Position numbers and translations under genes: made by a program. The notes beneath the pieces were generated by a model, which was not told where the DNA came from, did not search any database, and saw nothing but the letters and a program-made list of their open reading frames with translations. This document shows positions 20,562 to 30,501 of a stretch of 64,000 bases of DNA, in pieces. The stretch's first letter is position 1. Each line of letters starts with the position of its first letter. The DNA comes from Promethearchaeota archaeon (lineage in GTDB: Archaea; Asgardarchaeota; Lokiarchaeia; Sigyniarchaeales; SOKP01). The stretch spans positions 28,615 through 92,614 of the forward strand of contig JBHLMP010000007.1 in NCBI GenBank assembly GCA_048938025.1. Direction: 5' to 3'.

Positions 20562-21872
20562 TTAGTTAAATTTAACCCCTAACTTTTTCAAATCATCAAT
20601 AAAATGAGGATATGAATCTCTAACTATCTCAATATTTTTAACTTTTGATATTGAATTAGTATATAAAGCAGCAATAACGCATGCCATTGCTATTCTATGA
20701 TCATTTTCATGATCGATAAGTGATCCCTTTAAATTTTTACAATGATACACAATTAATTTATCTACTTCCTCTATAACCTTTACTCCCATTTTACTTAATT
20801 CTCTGGCAATTACAGACATCCTATTACTCTCCTTCAAACGTACATTTGAAGCATTATAAAGTACTGTTTTTCCTTTAGCAAAAGCACCAAGAACAGATAA
20901 AACTGGAAATAAATCAGGTATTTCTTGACAATCTACTTCTATCCCTTTTAACGGATATTTATTAAGACTCCCATTAATGATGATTTGATTATTTTCTTCA
21001 TTATATTCAATATTTGCACCCATTTGTTTTAAAATTTCAATAATCCTTTTATCTCCTTGAGAATTGTGAACATTTAAGTTATTGATTATTACATGTGAAG
21101 AATTGCGAGATATTATAGCTGCGACCATAATAAATGCTGCAGAAGAAAAATCTCCTGGAATTTCATATAATTGAGGTCTATATTTTTGCCTACATAATAC
21201 AGTGAATTTTCTATTCTTGATATCTTCTTGTATATTAATCCCAAATGCATTTAAAACATCAAGAGTAATCCTAACATAAGGATAAGGAATTATAGGAGTA
21301 GTTAGTTCTATATCAATATAATTTCTTTTTTCACAATTTAATAAAGGACATACAATTAATAAAGCTGTAATGAACTGTGAACTTATATCTCCACGAATTT
21401 TTATTGATTGACATGTTTGTTTTTCTCGTTTTATCTGAATTTGATTTTCTAATATTTTAAAATTTCCTCCTAAAGATTTTAAAGCATTTAGAAGTGGAAG
21501 AATTGGGCGCTTACGCTCCAAAAATTCTCCTGTTAGTGAAAGACCTCCCTCTATTATTAATCCCAAAGAGCTGAAGATTCTTATTGTAGTTCCTGAATTT
21601 TTACAGTCAATAGATCCCTCAATAGGTTTGAAAGATTCGTTGATCTTTTTAACAGTAAAGGAGTTAGCATTTACTTTTATTATTTTTACACCTAAAGATT
21701 TTAAAGCATTCATAGTAATTTCGACATCTCCAGTTGTCAAGGGTTTTTTGATTATTGAGATTCCGTCAGCAAGACCAGCTGCTATAAATGCTCTATGAGA
21801 GTAACTTTTTGAACCGGGTGCTATAATTTCACCCTGTAAACCGGTTATTATTGGATTTATTGTTATATCCAT
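20562..21872 (-). CDS. aroA: 3-phosphoshikimate 1-carboxyvinyltransferase
   Basis: PGSKSYSHR, NSGTTIR, ISSQF, GDFSSA, RLKESNR, DHRIAM, SYP. Confidence 0.96.
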   Translation of the reverse strand: MDITINPIITGLQGEIIAPGSKSYSHRAFIAAGLADGISIIKKPLTTGDVEITMNALKSLGVKIIKVNANSFTVKKINESFKPIEGSIDCKNSGTTIRIFSSLGLIIEGGLSLTGEFLERKRPILPLLNALKSLGGNFKILENQIQIKREKQTCQSIKIRGDISSQFITALLIVCPLLNCEKRNYIDIELTTPIIPYPYVRITLDVLNAFGINIQEDIKNRKFTVLCRQKYRPQLYEIPGDFSSAAFIMVAAIISRNSSHVIINNLNVHNSQGDKRIIEILKQMGANIEYNEENNQIIINGSLNKYPLKGIEVDCQEIPDLFPVLSVLGAFAKGKTVLYNASNVRLKESNRMSVIARELSKMGVKVIEEVDKLIVYHCKNLKGSLIDHENDHRIAMACVIAALYTNSISKVKNIEIVRDSYPHFIDDLKKLGVKFN

Positions 21873-21959
21873 TAAATGATAAATAGAAAGTTATAGATAT
21901 AATATTAATTAATAATATTGTAGAATATTGAATAATTATTTTGAAAAGATGTAATTAAA

Positions 21960-23069
21960 GTGGGAGAGAATACTTTTGGTGAACGTTTTAAAATAACATC
22001 ATTTGGAGAGAGTCATGGAGATTTAGTGGGGATTATTGTAGATGGAGTACCAGCAGGCTTAGATATTGATACAAATTTTATACAACATGAATTAGATATG
22101 AGAAAACCAGGACAGTCTACCCTAACAACATCGCGTATGGAACCCGATAAAGTGATATTATTATCCGGTATTTTTGATAACAAAACAACTGGAGCCCCAA
22201 TTTGTTTGATTATTGAAAATAAAGATAAAAACTCCTCTAAATATATAAATAATAAAAATATTTTAAGACCATCTCATGTAGATTTTACTATTTTAAAAAA
22301 ATATGGTGGCTATGCAGATTATAGAGGTTCTGGAAGATTTTCTGGCAGAATTACGGCAGGATTCGTAATGGCGGGTGCGATAGCTAAACAAATTTTAAGA
22401 AAGTACAATATTACTGTTTTTGCATATACTAAAAGTATAGGAAATGTTGTAGATGGAGAGAATTACGATATCGATAATTTTGAAAAATTCATTATTTTGA
22501 GAGAAAAAACACTTGTGAGAGCAATTAGTACCGAAAAAGCAAAAGTAATGGAGGAATTAATAAAAAAAGTTAAAACTCAAAAAAATTCTATAGGGGGAAG
22601 TATTAAATGTATTGTAAATAATTTTCCAGCAGGGATAGGTGCTCCCATATTTAATAGTATTGAATCTAAGATAAGCCATGCAATCTTTTCAATTCCATCA
22701 ATAAAAGGTATAGAATTTGGAGCAGGGTTTAGAGCCGCGAAAATGAAAGGATCTGAGCATAATGACCCTTGGATAATAAAGGAAGGTAAAATACAAACGG
22801 AAAAAAATGATTCTGGTGGAATAATTGGTGGAATCTCCTCTGGAATGCCAATTGAATTTACAGTTGCTGTTAAACCTACAGCTACAATAGGTATTCCTCA
22901 AAAAACAGTAAATATAGAAACAATGAAGAGTGTAGAGATTGAATTTCATGAAAGACATGATCCTTGTATCGTGCCTAGAGTAATATCGGTAGTTGAAGCT
23001 ATGACTGCTATTGTTCTTATTGATTTTTTGTTAATTGAAGGAATAATTCCTACTGTATTTAAACCTTAA
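21960..23069 (+). CDS. aroC: Chorismate synthase
   Basis: FGESHG, RPSHVD, GRFSGR, GSEHND, GGIIGGIS, KPT, RHDPCI. Confidence 0.96.
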   Translation: MGENTFGERFKITSFGESHGDLVGIIVDGVPAGLDIDTNFIQHELDMRKPGQSTLTTSRMEPDKVILLSGIFDNKTTGAPICLIIENKDKNSSKYINNKNILRPSHVDFTILKKYGGYADYRGSGRFSGRITAGFVMAGAIAKQILRKYNITVFAYTKSIGNVVDGENYDIDNFEKFIILREKTLVRAISTEKAKVMEELIKKVKTQKNSIGGSIKCIVNNFPAGIGAPIFNSIESKISHAIFSIPSIKGIEFGAGFRAAKMKGSEHNDPWIIKEGKIQTEKNDSGGIIGGISSGMPIEFTVAVKPTATIGIPQKTVNIETMKSVEIEFHERHDPCIVPRVISVVEAMTAIVLIDFLLIEGIIPTVFKP

Positions 23070-23170
23070 GGTATAATTAACGCCCTATTTAAAAAAGAGT
23101 AATTAATTATTTCATATATTCATTTAAATACAAATAAGAAGTACTATTAATTAACAATGAAAAATACATT

Positions 23171-23419
23171 TTGAAAACTAAGTTAATGTCATCCAAAGAA
23201 GATTTTATTAAAAAGATTATTAAAATCATTGATAGATGGTCATTCGAACAATGTGCCTTTTGCGATGGTGGAGCAATGAGTTCACTAGATGGTATGCTTG
23301 ACTTTAGATGTAATAAATGTGGGAAATCAATGGACCCTATTATTTATTTAGGAGAGATTGCTAAAGCTGTCTTTAATTATAGAAAACAACAAGAAAATAA
23401 CAAAGAAGGAATAATATAA
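23171..23419 (+). CDS. Small zinc-ribbon protein
   Basis: CAFC...CNKCGK; likely ATG at 23186. Confidence 0.7.
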   Translation: MKTKLMSSKEDFIKKIIKIIDRWSFEQCAFCDGGAMSSLDGMLDFRCNKCGKSMDPIIYLGEIAKAVFNYRKQQENNKEGII

Positions 23420-23500
23420 TAGTAAGGTCTTTTTTTAATTCAATATTGAATGACAAATATATTTTGACTTTTTAATATTTATCAACTCAATTATAATGAT

Positions 23501-23605
23501 TCTTCTCTTGAGAGTCATTTAATGGCTTTTGCTGCCCATAAATCTCGCTTGAATAATTGTATAATTGATATGAAAGAATTTCGAGAGCAAGTTGATATGT
23601 TATAA
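23501..23605 (+). pseudogene. Remnant 3' end of a Gfo/Idh/MocA-type oxidoreductase gene
   Basis: Hand translation SSLESHLMAFAAHKSRLNNCIIDMKEFREQVDML*, resembling the SLESHLMAFAAE.SR C-terminal helix of that family; in-frame TGA at 23465 and no upstream gene body. Confidence 0.5.
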
Positions 23606-23627
23606 ACTTTTTAAAAAGTTCTAAGTA

Positions 23628-24725
23628 CTAATATTCATTATCCAAATCAACAATATTGATGAAATCATCTCTTCCTTTAGCCAGACGAGTTATATTTTCA
23701 ATAACTTCATCCCATCTCATTAAATCGTTAAATGGGGAATATCCTCTATGTGGAGATAAAATAATATTATCGAGAGTATGGAAGGGAAAGGAAAAAGGGT
23801 ATTTTTTGCCCTTTTCGTCACTTTTGGGATGATAATTATACCAAACATCAATTGCCGCACCAGTGATAATTTTATCTCTTAAAGCGATAAATAAACTCTC
23901 TTCATCAATAATTTCGCCTCGACTAACATTAATCACCAATCCATTAGAACCTAAGAGTGTTAATTCTTGCCTTGCAATCATACCCTTTGTTAAATAAGTA
24001 AGAGGGAGGGCTACAATTAAAACATCAATTTCTTTAAGAAAATCATGAAATTGTGAATATTCATATTTTTTGCTCGGAGTTGGTAGTTGATTTTTTTGTT
24101 TTGCCCAATCATAACGAAGAATGGAAAATTCCACGTCAAAACCCTGCAAAAATCGATGTACTTTTTGGTTAATATGACCATAACCTAGGAGACCTATTTT
24201 TCGATACCTTAATGGCATCGAAGCAGCTTCTTTATCCCCAGTTCTCCAATTTCCTGAACTCATCCAAAGATGATGCTCTAATACCTTATTCATCATTGTT
24301 AAAAGAAGAGCAACGGCATGTTGAGCAACAAAGTAGGAATTTCCATGCCCATTAACTAGTAATACTTTTCTAGATCTATTAATCTCTCTAAATAATTGGA
24401 TTAAGTGAGATACTCCCGCCCCTGGGTTAATATATAATTTCAACTTTGAAGACTTTTTTAATAACAACCTTGAAGGACGCCAACCAACAATAATGTCTGC
24501 TTCGGGTACTATTCCGATTAAAGATTTTTCTGATACATCAATTGGAAATATTAAATTAACTTGAGGTAAATTTTTTAATTGCTTTTCCAAGTAATTTTTC
24601 AAACGTTCAGATACATCGAATGTAAAACAGACTACAATTTTTTGATCGGTTAAATCATTAATATGTTTAAATTCGGGCAAAAAAAGTTCATCCAACTCTT
24701 TTAGATTAAATTTATTTAAGCTCAA
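23628..24725 (-). CDS. D-isomer-specific 2-hydroxyacid dehydrogenase family protein
   Basis: GLLGYGHI Rossmann motif, LPLT, NVSRG, AAIDVW, LSPH. Confidence 0.92.
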   Translation of the reverse strand: MSLNKFNLKELDELFLPEFKHINDLTDQKIVVCFTFDVSERLKNYLEKQLKNLPQVNLIFPIDVSEKSLIGIVPEADIIVGWRPSRLLLKKSSKLKLYINPGAGVSHLIQLFREINRSRKVLLVNGHGNSYFVAQHAVALLLTMMNKVLEHHLWMSSGNWRTGDKEAASMPLRYRKIGLLGYGHINQKVHRFLQGFDVEFSILRYDWAKQKNQLPTPSKKYEYSQFHDFLKEIDVLIVALPLTYLTKGMIARQELTLLGSNGLVINVSRGEIIDEESLFIALRDKIITGAAIDVWYNYHPKSDEKGKKYPFSFPFHTLDNIILSPHRGYSPFNDLMRWDEVIENITRLAKGRDDFINIVDLDNEY

Positions 24726-24889
24726 ATGAGTTATATAATTTTAAAATCAATAAAAGTGTCTATACTTTTTGAAAATTATAAAGTGGTTTTGAAAATCTTC
24801 TCTATTTAACATTTTTTAGATAATTTTAATATAGTAAAGAACATAAATTATTATATATTTGAAATTAAAAATTTTCCCATTAAGAAATT

Positions 24890-25117
24890 ATGGATAAAAA
24901 AATTGACACATCTGAACAATTCATAGAATTCTATAAAAAGAAGGGAGATTATCTTGTATCACTCTCTGAAAATCATTTTAAGAACATAGAATATCGGAAA
25001 TGTCTTGAATTATTGAATCAAGCATATAGTATGTATATGAAAGGAAATTATACTGAACTTGCGGAAAAAACTAAACAAAGATTTATGGAGATTAAAGAGA
25101 AATTTTTTAAAAAATGA
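24890..25117 (+). CDS. Small helical (TPR-like) hypothetical protein
   Basis: 75 aa, amphipathic helices including YRKCLELLNQAYSMY. Confidence 0.6.
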   Translation: MDKKIDTSEQFIEFYKKKGDYLVSLSENHFKNIEYRKCLELLNQAYSMYMKGNYTELAEKTKQRFMEIKEKFFKK

Positions 25118-25122
25118 TATTT

Positions 25123-25611
25123 TCAATCTAATTTATTCTTTAATTTTGATATAATATCTATAATATGAGTTCCATACCAATAAATTTTCTTGCATTGTAA
25201 ATTTATACACTGAAAAAATTCATCATAATGATTAAATGTATTTTTTAATACTAATTCCCTAATTAATTCTTTTTCTTCAATTTTTTTTAATCGTGAATTA
25301 CATATAGAACATCTTGCTTTTTCAATATTAAACTTAAAATCCAAACTTAGCTTCTCTTTAAGTTGTATTAGATAATTGTATACTCCTTCTCCTTCTAAAT
25401 ATATACTTTTTTCAAAGAAACTCTTATATAATGGGTAATCTTTTGTAAGGATTATCCTATCATTTTTCTTAGCATATTCTATTAATTTTTCATCGGGTAC
25501 AGGATTAACATGAAAAAATTCTTCTAAATCATTCGCATAGATAGTATCATAACCAAAAATTCTAAGAAATCGAGATAATTTGCCTAACATTCCATCGGTT
25601 AAAAATTTCAT
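25123..25611 (-). CDS. Mut7-C (PIN-fold) RNase domain protein with Zn ribbon
   Basis: KFLTDGMLGKLSRFLRIFGYDT, RIILTKD, RCSICN, C...CKKIYWYGTH. Confidence 0.92.
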   Translation of the reverse strand: MKFLTDGMLGKLSRFLRIFGYDTIYANDLEEFFHVNPVPDEKLIEYAKKNDRIILTKDYPLYKSFFEKSIYLEGEGVYNYLIQLKEKLSLDFKFNIEKARCSICNSRLKKIEEKELIRELVLKNTFNHYDEFFQCINLQCKKIYWYGTHIIDIISKLKNKLD

Positions 25612-25727
25612 ATTAGTAAAATATGATAATAAATATCAATTAAATCATTCTATAAATTATATAATTAATTCATCATTATATAAAACATCAAATTTTTATT
25701 TTTCTAAAACTTATAATTTGAGTACAA

Positions 25728-26258
25728 ATGGAAACTAAAGACCTAATGGAAAAAGCCGTACGGTTTCATGGGCACATCTGTCCTGGCTTAGCAATGGGTG
25801 TTTTAGCGGCTAAGTATGTTTTAGCACATGGTTTTAAATATTCGCATGATGAAGAATTAGTTGTTGTAGTTGAAAATGATAATTGTAGTGTTGACGCACT
25901 CCAAGTAATTTTAGGAACTACTTATGGTAAGGGTAATCTTATTCATAATGATTATGGAAAAAATAATTATAACTTCTACGATCGAAATAACAAAAAAGCT
26001 GTAAAACTAGCACTAAAAGCGAGTATTTTTAAAAATAAAAAGTCAACTAGAGACGAGAAAATTCAAATTTTGATGAATTCAAAACCGGAGGATATTTTTA
26101 ATATATATGACATTGAATTTGATCCTCCTGGAATGGCAGAATCGGAAGATTCATCGCCCTGCGAGATCTGTGGAGAACTAACAATGTCATCACGCCTTAT
26201 GTTTTATAACGATATGGATATATGTGTTCCATGTTATAAGAAACTTCGTTCAGAATAA
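25728..26258 (+). CDS. FmdE family protein with C-terminal Zn finger
   Basis: FHGHICPGLAMG, ENDNCSVDALQ, TYGKGNL, CEICGE...CVPC. Confidence 0.92.
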   Translation: METKDLMEKAVRFHGHICPGLAMGVLAAKYVLAHGFKYSHDEELVVVVENDNCSVDALQVILGTTYGKGNLIHNDYGKNNYNFYDRNNKKAVKLALKASIFKNKKSTRDEKIQILMNSKPEDIFNIYDIEFDPPGMAESEDSSPCEICGELTMSSRLMFYNDMDICVPCYKKLRSE

Positions 26259-26326
26259 TAATCTTAAATGATATCTTTCCTCAATATGTATTAAATTTGG
26301 AATAATCTCTCTTGTTGTGAAGTAAT

Positions 26327-27091
26327 TTGGAAAAAATTAATTCAAAAATCTTACCTGGTGCTGGACCTTTTTATTTTGATGGAAATAAAATAGGGATTTT
26401 AATGATACATGGTGGGGGTGGAGGAACATGTGCAGATTTGAAACCATTAGCAGAAGACTTGAATAAATCAAGGGGGTACACGATTTATATTCCCTTATTA
26501 CCCGGATTTGGAACCTCACCAGAAGAATTAAGAAAGACATCAATACGCGCATGGAAGACCGCATTAGAAAAAGAAATAAATAAAATTAAAGAGAAATGCG
26601 GAAATATAATCGTTGGAGGTCATAGTATGGGCGGGATCCTCACATTAATTATGGCGACTTACCACGATTTTGATGGAATCTTCACAATTTGTGCCCCAAC
26701 GGGTATTCAGAGATTTGGATTTAAACTTGTACCCCTTGCCAAGTTATTCATGAAATATCATTCCATTACATCGGATAAATTTCGAGAGGAAACAAATAAT
26801 CATTGGGTGGGTTATGATAAAATTCCAATTAATATTGCGATAAAGATAAAAAAATTGATGAAGGAGATGAATGAGAATCTATTTAGAATAAATTGTCCTA
26901 CTATATTATTTCAAGGTAGGTTAGATTCTGAGATAAAAAAAGATAGTATGGATTATATTTATGACAACATTAAATCCAAGAATAAAAAAAAAATTTGGCT
27001 TGAACATAACGCACATTCAATATTAGATAGTCTAGATCATCACATAATTGTATCGGAGCTTCTAAAATTCATTAATGAGATTTACCCTTAA
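26327..27091 (+). CDS. Alpha/beta hydrolase (carboxylesterase-like)
   Basis: IHG, LPGFG, GHSMGG nucleophile elbow, QGRLD, H near C-terminus. Confidence 0.9.
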   Translation: MEKINSKILPGAGPFYFDGNKIGILMIHGGGGGTCADLKPLAEDLNKSRGYTIYIPLLPGFGTSPEELRKTSIRAWKTALEKEINKIKEKCGNIIVGGHSMGGILTLIMATYHDFDGIFTICAPTGIQRFGFKLVPLAKLFMKYHSITSDKFREETNNHWVGYDKIPINIAIKIKKLMKEMNENLFRINCPTILFQGRLDSEIKKDSMDYIYDNIKSKNKKKIWLEHNAHSILDSLDHHIIVSELLKFINEIYP

Positions 27092-27156
27092 AATATAAAT
27101 TATTGTTTTAATTATTAGAATATTATATTTAAGATACTTTCATTTTTAAAAACAAC

Positions 27157-27603
27157 ATGAACATAATAATTAGAGAATTTACTGAACAAGATATTGATGA
27201 AATTACAGTTTTGATGAAATATCTTTGTTCTTTAAGGAATCAAGAATTTGACGAAGAAGCATGGAGAAGCGACTTAGAATTAAAAATGAAAGAAGATTTA
27301 AATTCAGAAGTAATTGTTGCATTTGAAAAAATTACAAATCAAGTTATTGGAATGGGACTTTGTTCTATTAAAACCTCAAACAATGGCAGATTCGGATATA
27401 TTTCTAATTTAATTGTAAAAGAAGAGAAAAGAAGAACAGGTATTGGAGAAAAATTAATTAGACATATGATTGATTATTTTCGAAGGAATCATATTCAATC
27501 AATTAGATTAGCATTAAAACCAAATTTAGATGAAGCTGCCAATTTGTTATTTACAAAATTGGGTTTTCAAGAAATCTTACGCTTTTATGAATTAATTATA
27601 TAA
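27157..27603 (+). CDS. GNAT family N-acetyltransferase
   Basis: IREF, LIVKEEKRRTGIGEKL acetyl-CoA motif, LFTKLGF. Confidence 0.9.
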   Translation: MNIIIREFTEQDIDEITVLMKYLCSLRNQEFDEEAWRSDLELKMKEDLNSEVIVAFEKITNQVIGMGLCSIKTSNNGRFGYISNLIVKEEKRRTGIGEKLIRHMIDYFRRNHIQSIRLALKPNLDEAANLLFTKLGFQEILRFYELII

Positions 27604-27700
27604 TGCATATTAAAGAGAATGATGCTAAATCCTAATTCAATAAAGACTATAATGATAAAACAATATTTTTAAATAATTTAAAACATAAGATTATTAACTT

Positions 27701-28936
27701 ATGATAAAGAAGATAAATAAAGGGCACACATTATTAGTAAAAGGACCTACAAGAGTTACTTTATTAGAAGGTAAAATAGACGTTTTTGGAAAGCTTTTTA
27801 TACCAATAAAAGAAGTTTCTGGTAAAAATATATCATTTAGTGAAAGTCAAGATGTTTTAATAGTACCCAGTGCCCATAATTATCCTCTTTATGCATTAGA
27901 GAATTCAAAATTAGAAATATTTACTAATTTAGAAGAAAATCTTGAATTAATAGAAGAAAATTCAATAAGTTATAAATGGAAAGAAGTTAAAGATTCAATT
28001 TTAGATGATTTGAAAAAAAACAATAGAGAATCACCTTTAAAAATAATGGTGTTAGGGATTAGCAGTGGTAAAACTACACTCATTAAATATCTAGCAAACA
28101 ATTTTTTTAAGGAAGGATTGAAAGGAGGATATCTTGATTCTGATCTAGGACAACAAATTATATATCTTCCAACTACTATTAACATTGGCAAATTAAATGA
28201 TTATATTATATCAAGTGATAATATCGATTCTGAGAACACTTTATTTATTGGAAGTACTTTCCCTAAGGGAAATTACAAATTTATCGTTTCCGTATTATGC
28301 AGAGAATTAATTAACAATTATTTAGTAAATAATAAAAACACAGATTTTTTATTAATTGATACAGATGGATGGATAAAAACAGAAGCAGGGATTATTTATA
28401 AGAATTTTTTTATTAAGACTGTTGATCCTGATGTATTAATCGTATTTCATGATGAAACTATCGAAGAACTAAAGAAGATTGAAAAAATAACATCAAGTCA
28501 AAGAAAAGATAGGAAATTATATCTTATCAAGGAAAAAAACAAATATTTTTATGAAAAAAGTAAAGATGAAAGAAGATTTTTAAGGCAAAGTCAATTTTCT
28601 AAGATATTTGAGAATTTTAGAAAAATGTCAATCCCCTTAAATAATATGAAATTTATAAAAACCGATTATGATAAAGATAACGAGAGAATTATTGAGATAG
28701 AAATTAAAGTTAATGATTTAATTAATCTCCCATACCATTATGTTATTATAGCATTATGTACTGAAAACTCTGAGTTGATAGAAATAGGACTTCTTTTTAC
28801 TATCAATGTTGAGAAAAATTATATATTATTATTTTCCAACTTAACCTATAAGCAACAACTTGATATAAAGAAAATTCTTTTAGGAAGTCTTAGACTTAGT
28901 ACTAAAGGCAATCATCAAGGATATCTTTATCTATAA
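27701..28936 (+). CDS. Clp1/Nol9/Grc3-family polynucleotide 5'-hydroxyl kinase
   Basis: TLLVKGP N-terminus, GISSGKTT, LDSDLGQ, PTT, IDTDGWI, ERRFLRQ lid. Confidence 0.85.
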   Translation: MIKKINKGHTLLVKGPTRVTLLEGKIDVFGKLFIPIKEVSGKNISFSESQDVLIVPSAHNYPLYALENSKLEIFTNLEENLELIEENSISYKWKEVKDSILDDLKKNNRESPLKIMVLGISSGKTTLIKYLANNFFKEGLKGGYLDSDLGQQIIYLPTTINIGKLNDYIISSDNIDSENTLFIGSTFPKGNYKFIVSVLCRELINNYLVNNKNTDFLLIDTDGWIKTEAGIIYKNFFIKTVDPDVLIVFHDETIEELKKIEKITSSQRKDRKLYLIKEKNKYFYEKSKDERRFLRQSQFSKIFENFRKMSIPLNNMKFIKTDYDKDNERIIEIEIKVNDLINLPYHYVIIALCTENSELIEIGLLFTINVEKNYILLFSNLTYKQQLDIKKILLGSLRLSTKGNHQGYLYL

Positions 28937-29055
28937 TGAGATGTTTATCGACAATACCTTGAATAATTTCTTTTACCTATATAAATATATAAAATAAAAA
29001 AGAATTGTTGTATAATGATAATATTATTTAACTTAATTACTAATGAACGATCTTT

Positions 29056-30495
29056 ATGGAGACGGATCTACTAACTAAATTTTTAAAATTAATGTCAAAA
29101 AGCATTACAAATTCGGATTTAGAATTAATAAACTTAGGGAGATCACTTGGATTAGACTTGGTTTCATTTGCAGAATTAAGAGCTTCACAGAAGGATAGAT
29201 TTGTAGATATAGTAAGAAAAAAAGCTTTATATAAAATGGAAAAAGATAAAGATAATTATTTATCTGAGAAAGACTCCTTCTATGCAGGAAGCATTGATTT
29301 TATGGTTTCGGATGAACCTGAAGGAAAAAAATTTTTTTTACTAGAAACCAATGGAGGATCTCATAGGGGACTCTCAATTATCACAAAAAAGCAACAAACT
29401 ATTTTGTATGATGGATATTATGAAGCTATTATTCAAGCAAGAAAATTAAATAAGAGAAATGATAATAAAACCTTAATTTTAATTGGAGTGCCATATAATG
29501 ATGCTTTAATTCATGAAAAAGTTATAATGGTGGAATATTTCAGAAGAAAAGTAAAAGAGCAAGGATATTCAGTTAAAATTTTTAATACAGCTAACTATAA
29601 TAAAGATTTTAAAGCAGATTTTGTGTTCTTAATAGCTGATTATAAACAACTTTCTACTTATTTAACATTTTCTGATAATTGGGTTAAATACCAAGATGAA
29701 AATGCAAGTGTTTTAATAGGGGATGGAATTGCTCGCCGCCTTAATAATGAAGAGTTTATTAGATTAATTAAGGAAGATTTTCATAAAATAAATACTATAA
29801 TTGTAAATCCAATTTTTAAAGTTACTGACGATAAATCTCTAACATATTTAGCAAGTTATTTTAGTAAAGATATCCTCGAAAAGTATAATTTAAGATACCT
29901 CTTATTTACTAAAGCATATAATGAAGAAGATTTAATAAATAAGTTGGTATTTGCCATAAGAAGATATAAAAAATCTTTTATCATTAAACCTAGTGGTGGT
30001 TCGGGAGGAGCTGGAGTTATGCCAATATCGAAAGATGAAGATCCGGTGAATATAAAAAATATCATTAAAGAGAGTGAAAAAGAGTTTTTTGCTAAATTCA
30101 TGAAAAGTAGAAATCCTTATCCTTATACTATTCAAGAAATGGCAGATTTTAGTTTAATTCAATGGAAAAATGGTAAACATACATTTGATATGAGGATTTA
30201 TTTAGCTCAGAAAATGGGAAAAATAATTCCTATTGGCGGTTTGGCTAGAATTGCTCGAGGAATATATAGTGGAAGTTTAAATAAGCAAGAATTCGTTGTA
30301 AATCTATCTGGGTATAATGGACAAATAGAAGTTGAACGTGGACGAGCTATCTCAAAACAAGATGGTAAACTTTTAAACTTAACTGTTGATGATTTTGTTA
30401 ATATGTTTTGTATAGGATGTGTTCTTTTCAAAAGTATTGTTGAACATTATAAAAAAATTATTAATTTTTCAGATTGGGATAAATTACTTGACTGA
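29056..30495 (+). CDS. Circularly permuted ATP-grasp ligase (TTL/YheCD/CP-ATP-grasp-like)
   Basis: SIDFMV...FLLETNG (normally C-terminal) lies near the N-terminus, followed by DK, IIKPSGGSGGAGV, IQE, FDMRIYL, ARIAR, VVNLS. Confidence 0.75.
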   Translation: METDLLTKFLKLMSKSITNSDLELINLGRSLGLDLVSFAELRASQKDRFVDIVRKKALYKMEKDKDNYLSEKDSFYAGSIDFMVSDEPEGKKFFLLETNGGSHRGLSIITKKQQTILYDGYYEAIIQARKLNKRNDNKTLILIGVPYNDALIHEKVIMVEYFRRKVKEQGYSVKIFNTANYNKDFKADFVFLIADYKQLSTYLTFSDNWVKYQDENASVLIGDGIARRLNNEEFIRLIKEDFHKINTIIVNPIFKVTDDKSLTYLASYFSKDILEKYNLRYLLFTKAYNEEDLINKLVFAIRRYKKSFIIKPSGGSGGAGVMPISKDEDPVNIKNIIKESEKEFFAKFMKSRNPYPYTIQEMADFSLIQWKNGKHTFDMRIYLAQKMGKIIPIGGLARIARGIYSGSLNKQEFVVNLSGYNGQIEVERGRAISKQDGKLLNLTVDDFVNMFCIGCVLFKSIVEHYKKIINFSDWDKLLD

Positions 30496-30501
30496 AATGA
30501 A

